Assembly: GCA_036630325.1 (NCBI GenBank)
Contig: CP142735.1
Location: forward strand, 558,001 to 622,000
Origin: Vairimorpha necatrix
Lineage: Eukaryota
Reading direction: 5' to 3'
Length of the DNA stretch: 64,000 nucleotides
The notes under the pieces are model-generated. The model was not told where the DNA came from. It did no database searches and saw only the letters and a list, made by a program, of their open reading frames with translations. The translations under genes were made by a program, and so were the position numbers. Positions 13,132-24,841 of this stretch are shown here, one piece after another. The stretch's first letter is position 1. Each line of letters opens with the position of its first letter.

Positions 13132-13337
13132 AAACACCAATTAAACAATTTCTTTACGGAAAATGCTTTTTAATACTTTAATATAAATCAATATTCCGTA
13201 TGTTTTACGATTCGTTCTATTAATAATTATTTAACAGTTAATATACCAGACCATGTTTCAATATCAATAAAATATCTAGTTATGAAATATAACAATTTTT
13301 TAATAAGTCAAATAGAATGTGTTATTGAAATTACTAA

Positions 13338-13563
13338 TGTAGACTACTGGTTGCCCAGCAGTCCGAGAAGAGTTAGTTTTACTTAATGTTTTATTTAACT
13401 TCTTCATACCCTTATGGGTATGATTTTCTTTTATGTTTGTGGGAGGGAAAATAAAGTATTTCCCTCCAAAACATAATTGGAGAGAAGAAGAATAATACCT
13501 ACAGCATGGTATTCTCTGGTCTCCAGGGCAATCTTAGAACCACTGGAGATCTGTCCCTTGACA
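13338..13563 (-). repeat. 3' LTR (226 bp) of Ty3/gypsy element 1
   Basis: Direct repeat of 17116-17341. Confidence 0.95.
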
Positions 13564-14619
13564 CTCCCCCTTCCTTATCGGCTCCCAAGTTTCCTTTTCA
13601 AAATCCATTTTTTTTAAATCTTTCTGATTCACCGAGAAAACAACATTATTTGGACTAGTTATTTCATACGCACCCCTTTTTCCTATCTTAGTTATAGTGT
13701 AAAGTCCTTCAAATTTACTGTCCAGTTTATTTTTTATATTGATTGGAGGTTTTCTCCTCAGTACTATATCCCCTACTTTAAAAGCCTGTTCTTTCACATT
13801 TCCTATTTCTCTTTCCCGTGCTTCTCTCTCTGCTTGAAGCATTATTTCTCGAGTTTGGTTTAATCTTTCAAATATCAATAGATTAGGTTCCATGGGTACT
13901 ATCTCTTGGTTAGTCTGATCCCATTCTTGTGGCTTACGTCCATACAATAATTCAAATGGGGAAAATCCCGTTTTCTTCCTTGGAGAAATACGATAAGCAT
14001 ATAGTGCTAGTTCTAAATATTCGTCCCATTCTTTCCATCTTTCATTAGTTATTTTGGCCAGTTTAGCTACCAGCGATTGATTGGTTCTTTCAACTGTACC
14101 ATTACATTGAGGATGGTAAGACGAAGTAAAAGATTTTCGCACATGAAAAATTCTACATAATTCTTTTACTGTAGAGTTCAAAAATTCGAGTCCCCTATCT
14201 GAAAGTAGTTCGTTCGGTGGACCATGTCTGCATATGATCTCTTCAAAAATAAATTTGGCTACTGTTTTGGCTGTTTTATTCTTCACGGCCTTAGCTTCAC
14301 ACCATCTAGTTATGTAATCGGTAGCTACAATTATATAAATCTTTCCATTTTCTGACTTAGGCAATGGGCCTACTATGTCGATACCAACTAGAGAAAATGG
14401 TTCTTTCAGTTGAATCCTATGATACTCTTTGGGTATTCTTTTAAGATTAAATTTCAGACATACTTGGCAATTTTCTATTTCTTTTCTTATATCTGCGTAA
14501 ATACCTTTCCATTGCGCTTTCTGGAGGATTAGCGTGTATGTTGGAAATATACTCCCATGCCCACATTCTTCGTGACACTTTAGAATAAGTTCTTTTTTTT
14601 TCTGAAACGGATAGTTCAT
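13534..14619 (-). CDS. Integrase portion of Pol (HHCC zinc finger, DDE core, GPY/F-like tail), separated from RT-RH by a frameshift in an A9 run
   Basis: CHEECGH...CQVC, VGIDIVGP, LSDRGLEF, NGTVERTN, KFEGLYTI. An A8 run at 14593-14601 would restore the frame (SEKKELILKCH). Confidence 0.9.
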   Translation of the reverse strand: MNYPFQKKKELILKCHEECGHGSIFPTYTLILQKAQWKGIYADIRKEIENCQVCLKFNLKRIPKEYHRIQLKEPFSLVGIDIVGPLPKSENGKIYIIVATDYITRWCEAKAVKNKTAKTVAKFIFEEIICRHGPPNELLSDRGLEFLNSTVKELCRIFHVRKSFTSSYHPQCNGTVERTNQSLVAKLAKITNERWKEWDEYLELALYAYRISPRKKTGFSPFELLYGRKPQEWDQTNQEIVPMEPNLLIFERLNQTREIMLQAEREAREREIGNVKEQAFKVGDIVLRRKPPINIKNKLDSKFEGLYTITKIGKRGAYEITSPNNVVFSVNQKDLKKMDFEKETWEPIRKGECQGTDLQWF

Positions 14620-17185
14620 CAGCCTGGTCCTTATTTACTGTATGGACAAATCTGGTTAATCCATCTGCAATAACATTATCTTTTCCTTTAATATACTCAA
14701 TTTCGTAAGAGTAATTTTCCAAAGTTAGAATCCATCTCATTAATCTCCCTGTACTCTCTTTAAAACTCAGTAGCCATTTAAGCGCTTGGTGATCTGTACG
14801 GATTATAAATGTATTGGTAAGATATATTCTGAATTGTGTTATGCTCCATATTATAGCAAGACACTCTTTTTCGGTTACTGTATAGTTGATTTCTGCCGTA
14901 TTTAATTTCCTTGATATAAAATATACTGGCATTTCTATTCCCTCGTATTCCTGCATTAGTGTTGCTCCTATGTATAAATTAGATGCATCTGTATATAAAA
15001 TAAACTTTCTGTTAAAATCTGGTAGTTTAAGGACTGGAGAGCTCGTGATAATCTCTTTTATTTTGATTACACTTTGTTTAGCACTTTCAGAAAACTCAAA
15101 TTTTCCTTTTTTCAAGCATTCATAAATCGGGGCCATTATATCTGTGTAGTTTTTTATAAATTTCCTAAAGTAATTAATAAATCCGATAAAAGCCCTAGTT
15201 TCTTTGAGAGTTTTCGGAACTTTAAGTCGTAAACATTTGGTTTGTTGTTCTAATGGTATGCTTATTCCATCTTTGTTTATCATATAACCTAAGAATTTTA
15301 CTGAATTTTTAGCAATCTTGCATTTTTTTTGATTGACTTTCAGTTTTAATTTGTCTAATCTTTTAAACACTGCTTCCGTGTGTTCTAGATGTTCTTTAAC
15401 CGATCTTGAATATATCATTATATCATCTAAGTATACTTGTACAAATTTATGTAAATGAGGAGATAGTATTGAATTCATTATCTTTTGAAAAGTAAAGGGC
15501 GCATTTACAAGCCCGAATGGCATCCTAACCCACTGAAAAGCCCCTGATCTGCTTCTAAAAGCTGTAAGATATCTATCTTTTTGTCGGATTCTTATTTGAT
15601 GATATCCCGATTCTAAATCTAATACAGTGAATATAGACGCTCCTTGTAGCTCTTCAATAGTTTCTTCTATAAGAGGTATTGGGTAAATCATTTTCTTAGT
15701 GATTTTGTTCAGTCTCCTATAACCAATGCAAAATCTTAGGTCGCCGTCTGGTTTCTTGACTAATACAACTGGGGATGTATAATCTGAATCGCTGCTTTCG
15801 ATAACTCCTTTCTTCAAAAACTCCTGAACTTTTTCTTCTATGATCATATTTTGGTCCGGAGACCTTCTATATTGAATATTTTTTATTTCAGAGACGTCAT
15901 TTGTTATTTCTATAGCATGTTCAATGTCTAGACTTGATTGTTGATCTCCATTTAAAAAAATTTCTGAATACTCCGTAATAAGTTTATTGAACTTTTCTTT
16001 TTCAACTTGTAGTAATGTTTCATCTCCGACATCAGTTATAAGTGTTTCATTATTACCTGACGTTGTTGTACATACTGATTTCGTTATAACGGCGCTTTCC
16101 ATTTTATCAAGCATCTTTAACAAGTTTAGTGAAACGGCATCTCCAATACCTATAATGAGGTCTTCTGGCAAGTTCTCAACTACATAAGCCTCCACTCTGT
16201 TGCTCTTCTTGTTTTTAGGTTTTTTAATCATGAATTCCACCTTTTTTTCTGATCTTACACTTCCTCCTACTCCTTCAATGTTTAGACTGACATTTGTTGT
16301 TTCTAGGCCCAGGCGTTGGATAGTGTTTTTACTAATCAGGTTAATTTGGGCACCTGTGTCGATTAGTGCGGAAATAATTTCTTTTTCGGAATATAGTTTA
16401 ATTCTTGGTCGCATGTCTTTAGTTTTCGATTTATCCACTCTTCCTACCTTCAGGAGTAATGCAGTATTTCCTTCTTCTGCCTTCTTTGTAAAAGTTTTAA
16501 TCACTTTCTTTTTCTGCAAGGGTGCTTCGTTACGTGGAATTTTGGGCCACTTGGTTTTCTTTTTTAGATAATTATTCATAAAAGTTTCCTTTTCTTCTAC
16601 CAGATCTAATAACTCTATCCAGTCCTTGGTGTCCAATATAGATTCCTTCAACGTATCTGGGGAGTTTCTTCCTATCGCAATCTTTAATCGGTTAAAGTAT
16701 TCAGTGCTTTTCTTTGCACAACTCTTGAGGTCGTAAGCGTAACTCATGATATCGCTTTCCTTTGGACCTTGTACGTACAAGTGCATAAACTTATCAGTTA
16801 CATCTTCAAGTAGTTTTTCTTTTATGTATTTCTTATGAAATTGGAATTTGAATGTATCGAAATCTGTTATCTCCTCACCTTCGAAGGCCTTATACCATCG
16901 CAACGCTTTTCCTTTTAGTTTGGACTTTACGATATCCAGCGTCTTGGCTTGTTCATAGATATCTTCTACTTCTCTAAACTGGGAGAGAAAGTCTTCGGCT
17001 TTACTTAGATCTTCGCCGGTAAATTCTGTCCATCTGTTTTGTAGACTCAGTTTTTTCACATAGGAACAGATTTCATCGATTTCATCTTTCATATCCTCTT
17101 CACCGTTACCACCATTGTGGACTACTGGTTGCCCAGCAGTCCGAGAAGAGTTAGTTTTACTTAATGTTTTATTTAACTTCTTCAT
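14447..17185 (-). CDS. Gag-protease-RT-RNase H polyprotein
   Basis: ALIDTGA (aspartic protease), RMPFGLVNAP, YLDD (RT), LYTDAS...EKECLAI...TDHQAL (RNase H). The ATG lies inside the 5' LTR. Confidence 0.93.
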   Translation of the reverse strand: MKKLNKTLSKTNSSRTAGQPVVHNGGNGEEDMKDEIDEICSYVKKLSLQNRWTEFTGEDLSKAEDFLSQFREVEDIYEQAKTLDIVKSKLKGKALRWYKAFEGEEITDFDTFKFQFHKKYIKEKLLEDVTDKFMHLYVQGPKESDIMSYAYDLKSCAKKSTEYFNRLKIAIGRNSPDTLKESILDTKDWIELLDLVEEKETFMNNYLKKKTKWPKIPRNEAPLQKKKVIKTFTKKAEEGNTALLLKVGRVDKSKTKDMRPRIKLYSEKEIISALIDTGAQINLISKNTIQRLGLETTNVSLNIEGVGGSVRSEKKVEFMIKKPKNKKSNRVEAYVVENLPEDLIIGIGDAVSLNLLKMLDKMESAVITKSVCTTTSGNNETLITDVGDETLLQVEKEKFNKLITEYSEIFLNGDQQSSLDIEHAIEITNDVSEIKNIQYRRSPDQNMIIEEKVQEFLKKGVIESSDSDYTSPVVLVKKPDGDLRFCIGYRRLNKITKKMIYPIPLIEETIEELQGASIFTVLDLESGYHQIRIRQKDRYLTAFRSRSGAFQWVRMPFGLVNAPFTFQKIMNSILSPHLHKFVQVYLDDIMIYSRSVKEHLEHTEAVFKRLDKLKLKVNQKKCKIAKNSVKFLGYMINKDGISIPLEQQTKCLRLKVPKTLKETRAFIGFINYFRKFIKNYTDIMAPIYECLKKGKFEFSESAKQSVIKIKEIITSSPVLKLPDFNRKFILYTDASNLYIGATLMQEYEGIEMPVYFISRKLNTAEINYTVTEKECLAIIWSITQFRIYLTNTFIIRTDHQALKWLLSFKESTGRLMRWILTLENYSYEIEYIKGKDNVIADGLTRFVHTVNKDQADELSVSEKKRTYSKVSRRMWAWEYISNIHANPPESAMERYLRRYKKRNRKLPSMSEI
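17102..17115 (-). promoter_or_regulatory. Primer-binding site of element 1, possibly tRNA-Leu
   Basis: TGGTGGTAACGGTG lies 1 nt after the 5' LTR. Its complement CACCGTTACCACCA resembles eukaryotic tRNA-Leu 3' ends (CACCGCTGCCACCA). Confidence 0.65.
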
Positions 17186-17341
17186 ACCCTTATGGGTATG
17201 ATTTTCTTTTATGTTTGTGGGAGGGTAAATAAAGTATTTCCCTCCAAAACATAATTGGAGAGAAGAAGAATAATACCTACAGCATGGTATTCTCTGGTCT
17301 CCAGGGCAATCTTAGAACCACTGGAGATCTGTCCCTTGACA
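17116..17341 (-). repeat. 5' LTR (226 bp) of Ty3/gypsy element 1
   Basis: Direct repeat of 13338-13563, followed by the PBS. Confidence 0.95.
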
Positions 17342-19072
17342 ACTAACACTGTAGATAAATCATATAATGTTGTTTCTAGCATGTTTTACATTTTATAACA
17401 CTTGAAATACTTAAACTATATTATCATGCTAAATAATTCTTGATTTACTGCAATATGTCTCTTGGAATATTTGATATACCATATAACACTATGCTTTTTG
17501 GTAGAAATGACTGAATTGAACCAAAGTGAGTTAATTACTTATTACAAAATCATATTTTTAAGATATATGTATTAAGAAGTTTATACATAAAACTTGCATT
17601 AGTCCATATATATATAAGAGGCTCTAAAAGCCGTAAATTTTCTATATAAGCCACAAGAGAGGAAGATCTTAAGATCATTCTGGACTTTTCTGATAATTAG
17701 TAAATAAAACAATAAATTACATGAGATTTTAATTTTTTTTATTCTATTCAAAATACGCAGATAGATACTCAAGACTGCAAACAAAAAATATTTAAGGAGG
17801 TCTTTATAGTGTGTATTTCACATGCAAGGTTCAGTTAATTTTATCCTCGATGTACTTTAAAATTTTGAAAGTTGTTATTTTCAGGACAACTACGACGAAT
17901 ATAGCTATGAATACACAAAAAACCAGGTCCCGATTTGCAGGACATTGTAGTATTTTTATATGTGCGCCAATAAAGAGTATTTTTACACAATACATTGACC
18001 CAGATTAACTCCCAATCTTCTTATTATATATGATGAAAATGGAAAAAAGATATCATTTTTCTTTGCCGATGTGCAGCAATATTTATTGAATATATGCCTT
18101 TAGTTATCAATAAGAATTATTTTGAATTTTTCATTATGATTTGAAGATTTTGTTTTCTAATTGAGTACAATGGGGTGTTCTCTTTCAATGTCATCAAACT
18201 CATATTCACTATTTTTAGTTTTGATATTAAATTGAATAAATATCATACAAAGACTAAATTTTGCCAAGGAAATATCATAGATAAACACAATTTTGTGATC
18301 GACCATAATAATTCACTCTTTTAGGTAATAATAAATAGTTTTATATGGTTTTTTATATTCTGCCATGTCTTTTAATATTGAAATTTCAGAAGTAAGGTAA
18401 AAAATTAATCGTGGTACGAGAATGATTTTTTTGCAAAAAGTATGCGTAGAAAGGATTTATATGCCCTATTGAAGTTTAGCACTAAAGATACAAACGTATT
18501 TTAATGAGCTAAATATCATCATTAAAATAAATTTAATATCTCTAATGTGTTGACGTAAGATTTTTTTGTACAATATGATTTTTACACGGGCATTTTATCA
18601 TTTCATCTATAAACTTCTTGGAGAATTTTTAATACTTTCACTGATGATAAGAATATAATTATTTTTCATAATATTTTATAAATGCCGAAAAATATTGCAA
18701 TGAAAAGTGTTTGAAAATCATAATATAATATTGTATATTATGTTGTTGTCTAAATTTATTTTGTAACATCTTTTAAATGTTTATCATCTCAAATATTTTA
18801 TACTTATATACTTTGCTATAATAAAATCTATTTGTTTTAATCTGAAATTTCTTTGTAATTTTTTTACATAAAATAATCAAGACATAACACTTATTCGATC
18901 ATATTACACGAATAGTTAAGTAATTTATATTGAAGACCAATTTAATAGACTAAACCGTTTTCGTAACTCAAATTGACTTTAATTAATTTTGTCCTTATCA
19001 AAAGACTTTTATTATAAGCTTGAAACATTAATAATAATTTAACCATAATATATTGTATATTTCAAAGTAGCT

Positions 19073-21187
19073 TTAATACCTCCGCAAATGTTTACTCTTT
19101 ATGTCTCTTACAATTTTTTCTTCATCTTCTTTCGATCTACACTGCTTAATATCGAAAGCTAATTTTGAAACGTTTTTTATATTCGTATTTTCCTCATCTG
19201 GTAAATCACAACTCAGTGAAATATTTAGATTACCTGTTATTTCTCTTATATCCGATAATCTAGTATTGTAAAACCCATGTGATATTTTATATTCTACACT
19301 CTTAATTGTATTAAATCCCGCTTGATTATAAATATATTGTATAAAAGATATGTGGTGAGTAATAATCACAGAATAACATCTTGATATTAAAATAAATCGA
19401 GAAATTGTCAAATATGTCGGCAGTACATTGGAAAAATGTATTCCTTTGCCAATTTCATCGATTATAATTAAGGAATCTTCATTTAAATTTAACTTGTCTA
19501 TGAAATTAAATAATTCTTCAGGGGACGAAGTCTTATTCGACTTGTATACGATTTTTCTAAATATCTTGATAATACCATTTTTAGCTGGTATTGGATATCC
19601 TATTTGATATAAAAGAGAATTATAAAAGATCTGTTTTGTATACGCGGATTTACCACTCATGTTAGAACCAGTCAGTACATTTAATCTTGTAATTTCTGAA
19701 ATATAAATATCATTGTAAATGACACGATCTTTCTTAAGAAATATATGGTATGAGGATGAGACACATAGCCTGTCGCCTATGTTCGGGATACAACAATCAA
19801 ATTTCAAAGAAAATTTGTATCCACTAAGACACAAGTCGATCTCTGATATTTCTTCAAATAAATCATTAAAATATTTTCTCTTTGTTTTACATTCTATTAT
19901 AAGATCATTACATAAATTACCTCCTATTTCTAATATTTGATCATAAACTTCTTTGAGTCTGTAATTCAATTTCTGCAATTCTAAAGTAGAGCCTATGAGG
20001 AAATTATCCTTGTAAGTTAAAATTATAAAATCCGGCGGAAGATTAGATGAACATGTTTGATGTACTTTGCTTGTATTCTTTATATGAGCAGTTGAATCAA
20101 AATTACTTGTACTCTTTACTGATAAATCTTTAATTGTTGTTTCTTCATTTTCAGATAAAAAACAAAAACTTTTCATTTCATCGGCGAACTGACTTGGAAA
20201 TTTGGCCAATTCATTGGTTGGTAGGTCTATCGAAGGATCTATCTTAACCTTTATGAAAAATTCATTGTCACTATTCTTCATGATTTTATAATCAAAATTA
20301 ACATCTAAAAATGTTAAATAGTCGTCAATACTCTCGAGAGTCTCTTGATAAATTTTTTTTGCTAATTTCAGATAATCATTATTTTCAGAATTAAATAAAA
20401 GATGAACTTGTGTTTGATCGTAAACCTCCTTAATGAAAATATTCTCGAATTTCTCAATCAAATACTTTGTATCTGATTTAAAAAAATCACTGGCGTTTTG
20501 TAGATGTTTGTATGAACTTAAAAAATTATAAATTCTAGTCGTATGATAAATGATCTTTTTATATCCTTTAAGATCTTCATTATTATTACAATCTGAATTA
20601 ATAAATCTTTCTATATCTGGTAGAGATTTTAATAATTTCTCAATGTTTAACGCCAAAACTTTATTATTTCTAAAGAATAGTATCTTTTCATGTCTAGAAA
20701 CAATTTCGTTCTTTTCAACCAAAGGCTGCATCAAATCCAATTTGAGTTTTCTTCGTCCATAACATGTCGATGTAAAATTAATAACATCATACAATTTATC
20801 TTGACTTTCATCTATAACGAAAGATCTATTATCTAAATATTTCTGCTTGATTGTTACATTTTGTTTATTAAGAAAATACATCAATGCACCAATACTACAA
20901 CTAGAAAAATAATCTTGATTTAAATTTTTGTTTTCTTTAAACCCACTTCGTTCTAATAATTGTATATTGACATCAGTACATCCTTCAATTATTAAATAAT
21001 GCTCTTTTTGAACTAATAACAAATCTACTGAATATTTTTTTATAAGTTGATTTAAGTTTAAAAAACTAATAGCATCATAGAAAGTGATATATCCTATTTC
21101 ATTTTCTCCAGATGTAAAGGAGAAACACAATTTTATTGGTATTTCACGGTTACAAGTGATACAACCAATTGTTTTGTAATTTTGCAT
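19073..21187 (-). CDS. MSH4: MutS homologue, most likely meiotic MSH4
   Basis: TSTCYGRRKLKLDLMQPL and LKSLPDIER (MutS III), Walker A LTGSNMSGKS (NMSGKS is typical of MSH4), Walker B IIIDEIGKG, ITH. No recognisable mismatch-binding domain I. First ATG is at 21187. Confidence 0.75.
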   Translation of the reverse strand: MQNYKTIGCITCNREIPIKLCFSFTSGENEIGYITFYDAISFLNLNQLIKKYSVDLLLVQKEHYLIIEGCTDVNIQLLERSGFKENKNLNQDYFSSCSIGALMYFLNKQNVTIKQKYLDNRSFVIDESQDKLYDVINFTSTCYGRRKLKLDLMQPLVEKNEIVSRHEKILFFRNNKVLALNIEKLLKSLPDIERFINSDCNNNEDLKGYKKIIYHTTRIYNFLSSYKHLQNASDFFKSDTKYLIEKFENIFIKEVYDQTQVHLLFNSENNDYLKLAKKIYQETLESIDDYLTFLDVNFDYKIMKNSDNEFFIKVKIDPSIDLPTNELAKFPSQFADEMKSFCFLSENEETTIKDLSVKSTSNFDSTAHIKNTSKVHQTCSSNLPPDFIILTYKDNFLIGSTLELQKLNYRLKEVYDQILEIGGNLCNDLIIECKTKRKYFNDLFEEISEIDLCLSGYKFSLKFDCCIPNIGDRLCVSSSYHIFLKKDRVIYNDIYISEITRLNVLTGSNMSGKSAYTKQIFYNSLLYQIGYPIPAKNGIIKIFRKIVYKSNKTSSPEELFNFIDKLNLNEDSLIIIDEIGKGIHFSNVLPTYLTISRFILISRCYSVIITHHISFIQYIYNQAGFNTIKSVEYKISHGFYNTRLSDIREITGNLNISLSCDLPDEENTNIKNVSKLAFDIKQCRSKEDEEKIVRDIKSKHLRRY

Positions 21188-22129
21188 TTTTTTTTTAATT
21201 TTTTCAGGCTTATATGCATGAAAAAAATTATTTGTTGTTAAAGACAACAAACTAATTTGCAGATATATGTAAAAATAAAATTAGGAAATATGACGTAATA
21301 TTTTTTCATGCAATTTCCACTATATAATTATAATCTAAACTTATTTTTTTGAAGTTTAGATAGAATAAATAACGTTATCAATTGAATACTTCATGTATTC
21401 TTGCGACATGGCCTTTTTATAATAAAACTCTAAGTAGTTTTTGAAAAAAATATTTTTTATTGATAGTTATTTGTTTTCTCTTCTATTCCCGTCCTTCAAA
21501 GGAAAACTTTCTTTTGTATATTTTATTCTTAGCCTATCTATTTGCTGTTAACATGAAACACAAACAATGGCTTAGTTACAAATGTAGTAACAATCATACA
21601 ACTCAGTTTGTTTGTGTGTCTCGTCTTGACGGGCCACTTTGAGATGGCTAACGTGTCTTTGAACAAATGCGACAGATGATGTTTGTAACATTTGCCCTTG
21701 TGATGTAGTAATGTACATCACAAAAGAGTTTTTCGAATTAGATATATAGTATTTGAGTTATTTCTTCTGTTTTGCCGTATTGATATGTACCAAGCATAAA
21801 TTTGTAATCAGTCATTAAGAGCACTCGGCCACATTGTTTATGATATTTATAATCGTCGGAGCTGAGAATTTATAAATTTATCATAAGGAATTGGTTGACT
21901 TTTTAATCTCTCAGGTTATTATGAATTGATAATCAAATACAAATTATTAAGGCTGAAACTTAATCTATGATTTAAACAGTTCATTGATAAAATTTTTCAA
22001 AAGATTTTATTTTCGTGTAACTTAACAGTAAAATTGTTTTCACTAAAATAAGATTAAATATTTTTTCCAATTTTATTTTGAAATTATTAATTTGTAATAT
22101 CATTAACAATTAGAAAAATAATCATATTT

Positions 22130-22350
22130 AGATAGATAAAGTGCTCAGATTAGAACCCAGAACGGAAGCATATATACAGTCATGAGTCCTTAAAATGACT
22201 TTAGAAAGCCTAACTATGTCAGCCAGACATGGGCTTGATACAGATCAGGAAGGGGTCTTCGAGAGCCAATGAGTGAATCTCAGAAGGAAGTCCTGGAACT
22301 GCCAGATGAGACTGTAAGCGTATCTTGTGAAAAGTAATTAATAAGCCGAA
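22130..22350 (+). mobile_element. 3' fragment of an RLE non-LTR retrotransposon
   Basis: LRLEPRTEAYIQS*VLKMTLESL, the same C-terminal motif as the other RLE fragments. Confidence 0.65.
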
Positions 22351-24003
22351 TATTATATCCAAATAAATTATATATTTTAGATAGATATATTTTCGATATT
22401 GATTTACAATATAATATAATCAAAAGAATTTTTAGAAATAATTTTGTCAATGCTTTTAATCAATAAATATATTCATGTTATTAATTTTTTTCTTTAACTA
22501 GATGGATTTGACTTACAGGGTTTTTACTAAAAAAAAAACTTCCATGGATGTATACTTTTGTAAAAACCCCAAATAGCAAGGCCATGGCATTGTATGGAAA
22601 AGTCTAATAAAAAGCTTTTTGATGCTACTACTGAGATAATATCATGATGACATCTGAAAAATACACACAACATATGACTTATAAGTATTATTGCCCCACT
22701 TATATTTTTTAACCACCCGTTCTATTATAGGCTGCTTTTTATATGAAAGTTCAAGATTTATTTTATTTAGAAATTAAAATAGCCAGACCTTTTCCTTGAT
22801 TCATACCTAAAATATTTTTATAAAATTTTTTCAAAAAATTGTTATTTGCAACTAAAGATAAAAAACACCTATTTCTGATGTGTAAAATTTTTAATGACTT
22901 TACAAAGGTATGTTATGATTTTCCGACTAGAAAAAAAGCAAAAAAAGCAGCAAGTTTATTTTCTAATTTTATGTTTAGCATAAGCAAAATGATTACAATT
23001 GACAATTTTAGTATAACTACAAAATATTGTTATTTTTCTAGATAAGATTTGTATTATACAACGCTGTGGGCATTAGTTTCGTCATGAAAGCAGTTAAAAC
23101 CAACTGATGTCAGTATAAAAGATGCTCGAATTATATAATAGAAATCATCAAAAAAAATGTTTAAAGTAAAAAGTGCTACAATATTGAAGATTATAGCAAT
23201 ATATATCTTAGTTTCAAATATGACTAAAACTAGTAAACTGTCTTGGATTGAAGAATGATGTGCTAACTGCAATTCAATACGATAGTTATCATAGGTGCAA
23301 TCAAATATAAATAAATTGCAACTGTAGATCCACATCGTGTGCATTTTCTTAAAAACTTTTGGATGACGAATAGAGTTTGCAAAAAAAATTGTGCTTTGCA
23401 AAATATCAGATCTTACAATTTAATAGGTAACTATAAATTTAAAATTTTTAATGTTTAAACTTTCGGAGTTCATATTCATAAGGAGAAAATATAACACGAC
23501 TGTGTAAATATTAAGATAAGGATATATTTGAAAATGATATATAGAGATATTGGTAGCAGGTTTTTGCCTCACGAGGTTATATTGTTATTAGTTTCTTGAT
23601 TTTTCGAGCCGTCAAGTCTATTGTTCTTGATAACTTAGCGACCCAGGGCGTATTTGTTTATATAGTCGCTGATGAAACATTGAGATGTTTGACATCTCCG
23701 CGAGAGTTCTAAAAAAGGGGTTATCTATTCGAAATTACATAGCCGTGCTCGTGCCAGTGCCTTGTCAAAACTCAATTATTTTTGGTCTTTCAAATATCCT
23801 GTCACCTCGTGACTCATTCCTTAGAAAAAAAAATTTTAGTGTGCACCTGGCTTTTCTCCTACAGATATCTTTAGGGTTTGAGCAAGCAGCTGATAATATG
23901 ATAATATTTTATTGATGGATGTGGGTTTTATATAAATTACTGTATTGAATATCAAAAATTGACATTTTCAATTTTCTTTTTTATAAATGCTATTGGTCTT
24001 GAA

Positions 24004-24841
24004 GGGTGAAGGATACTTTAGACCCCCCCCCTTTGAAGCGCTTCAATTTTTTTTTCGAACCCCAAAATTGAAGTGCAAAAAAAAAGAGGAGCAGGAAGGG
24101 GACAAAAATTACTATGCACTTATGACATTAAAAACAATAAATAAATATATATTTATGTACACAATTATATTTTAATACAAGTTTTTACAATTATATAAAC
24201 CAATAAGCATTTTTTGCCCTTCCGATTTTTTAGAATTGGGGACAAAAACGCTCCCCTCTGAGAGTGTTCACTTTATAATTTTGAACCCCAAAAACGAAGT
24301 GCAAAATAAAGGAGAAGCAATCATTAGTACTCAAATTACTTGCATCTTCAAACAGTAAAAATACCAAATAATAATATATTTGTATACGAAATTTAATTTA
24401 AAAAAAGAATATAACCATAAAACTATATAATTCTAAATAACTTAACATATTTTAAATTAAATTTTTTGATTTAACAATCTGTAAAGATCGTTGAACATTT
24501 ATTTAAATTTTCTTATATAAATAATATTTATAATTTTAATTGTTGGTTTATTATCAAAGTAGATTTTTGAAGAAAATCTACTTTAATAATAAACCAACAA
24601 TTAAAAAAAATTAAAAAAATAAGAAGGGCGAAAAAGACACAATACTACAAATGATTATTATAACTAAATCTAAAATTAATTTTTGTATAAAAGTATATAT
24701 TTATTTATTGTTTTTAATGTCATAAGTGCTTAGTAATTTTTGTCCCCTTCCTGCTCCTCTTTTTTTTTGCACTTCAATTTTGGGGTTCGAAAAAAAAATT
24801 GAAGCGCTTCAAAGGGGGGGGGTCTAAAGTACCCCACCTCC
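24004..24841. mobile_element. Non-autonomous MITE with long (~160 bp) TIRs and 9-bp TSD (Mutator-like; Merlin not excluded)
   Basis: TSD GGTCTTGAA at 23995-24003 and 24842-24850. Near-perfect inverted repeats TACTTTAGACCCCCCCCCTTTGAAGCGCTTCAA... at both ends; termini GG..CC; no coding capacity. Confidence 0.9.

Larger units (their letters stand above)
13338..17341 (-). mobile_element. Ty3/gypsy LTR retrotransposon, compact (4.0 kb), recently inserted
   Basis: 226-bp LTRs at 13338-13563 and 17116-17341 (TG..CA, 2 mismatches). 5-bp TSD ACTAA (13333-13337, 17342-17346). PPT GGAAGGGGGAG next to the 3' LTR and PBS TGGTGGTAACGGTG next to the 5' LTR. Domain order PR-RT-RH-IN. Confidence 0.97.

Noticed and set aside
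22480-23401. Hydrophobic minus-strand ORF fragments
   Set aside because: Possibly a membrane-protein pseudogene, but no family motif, and AT-rich DNA gives such ORFs by chance.
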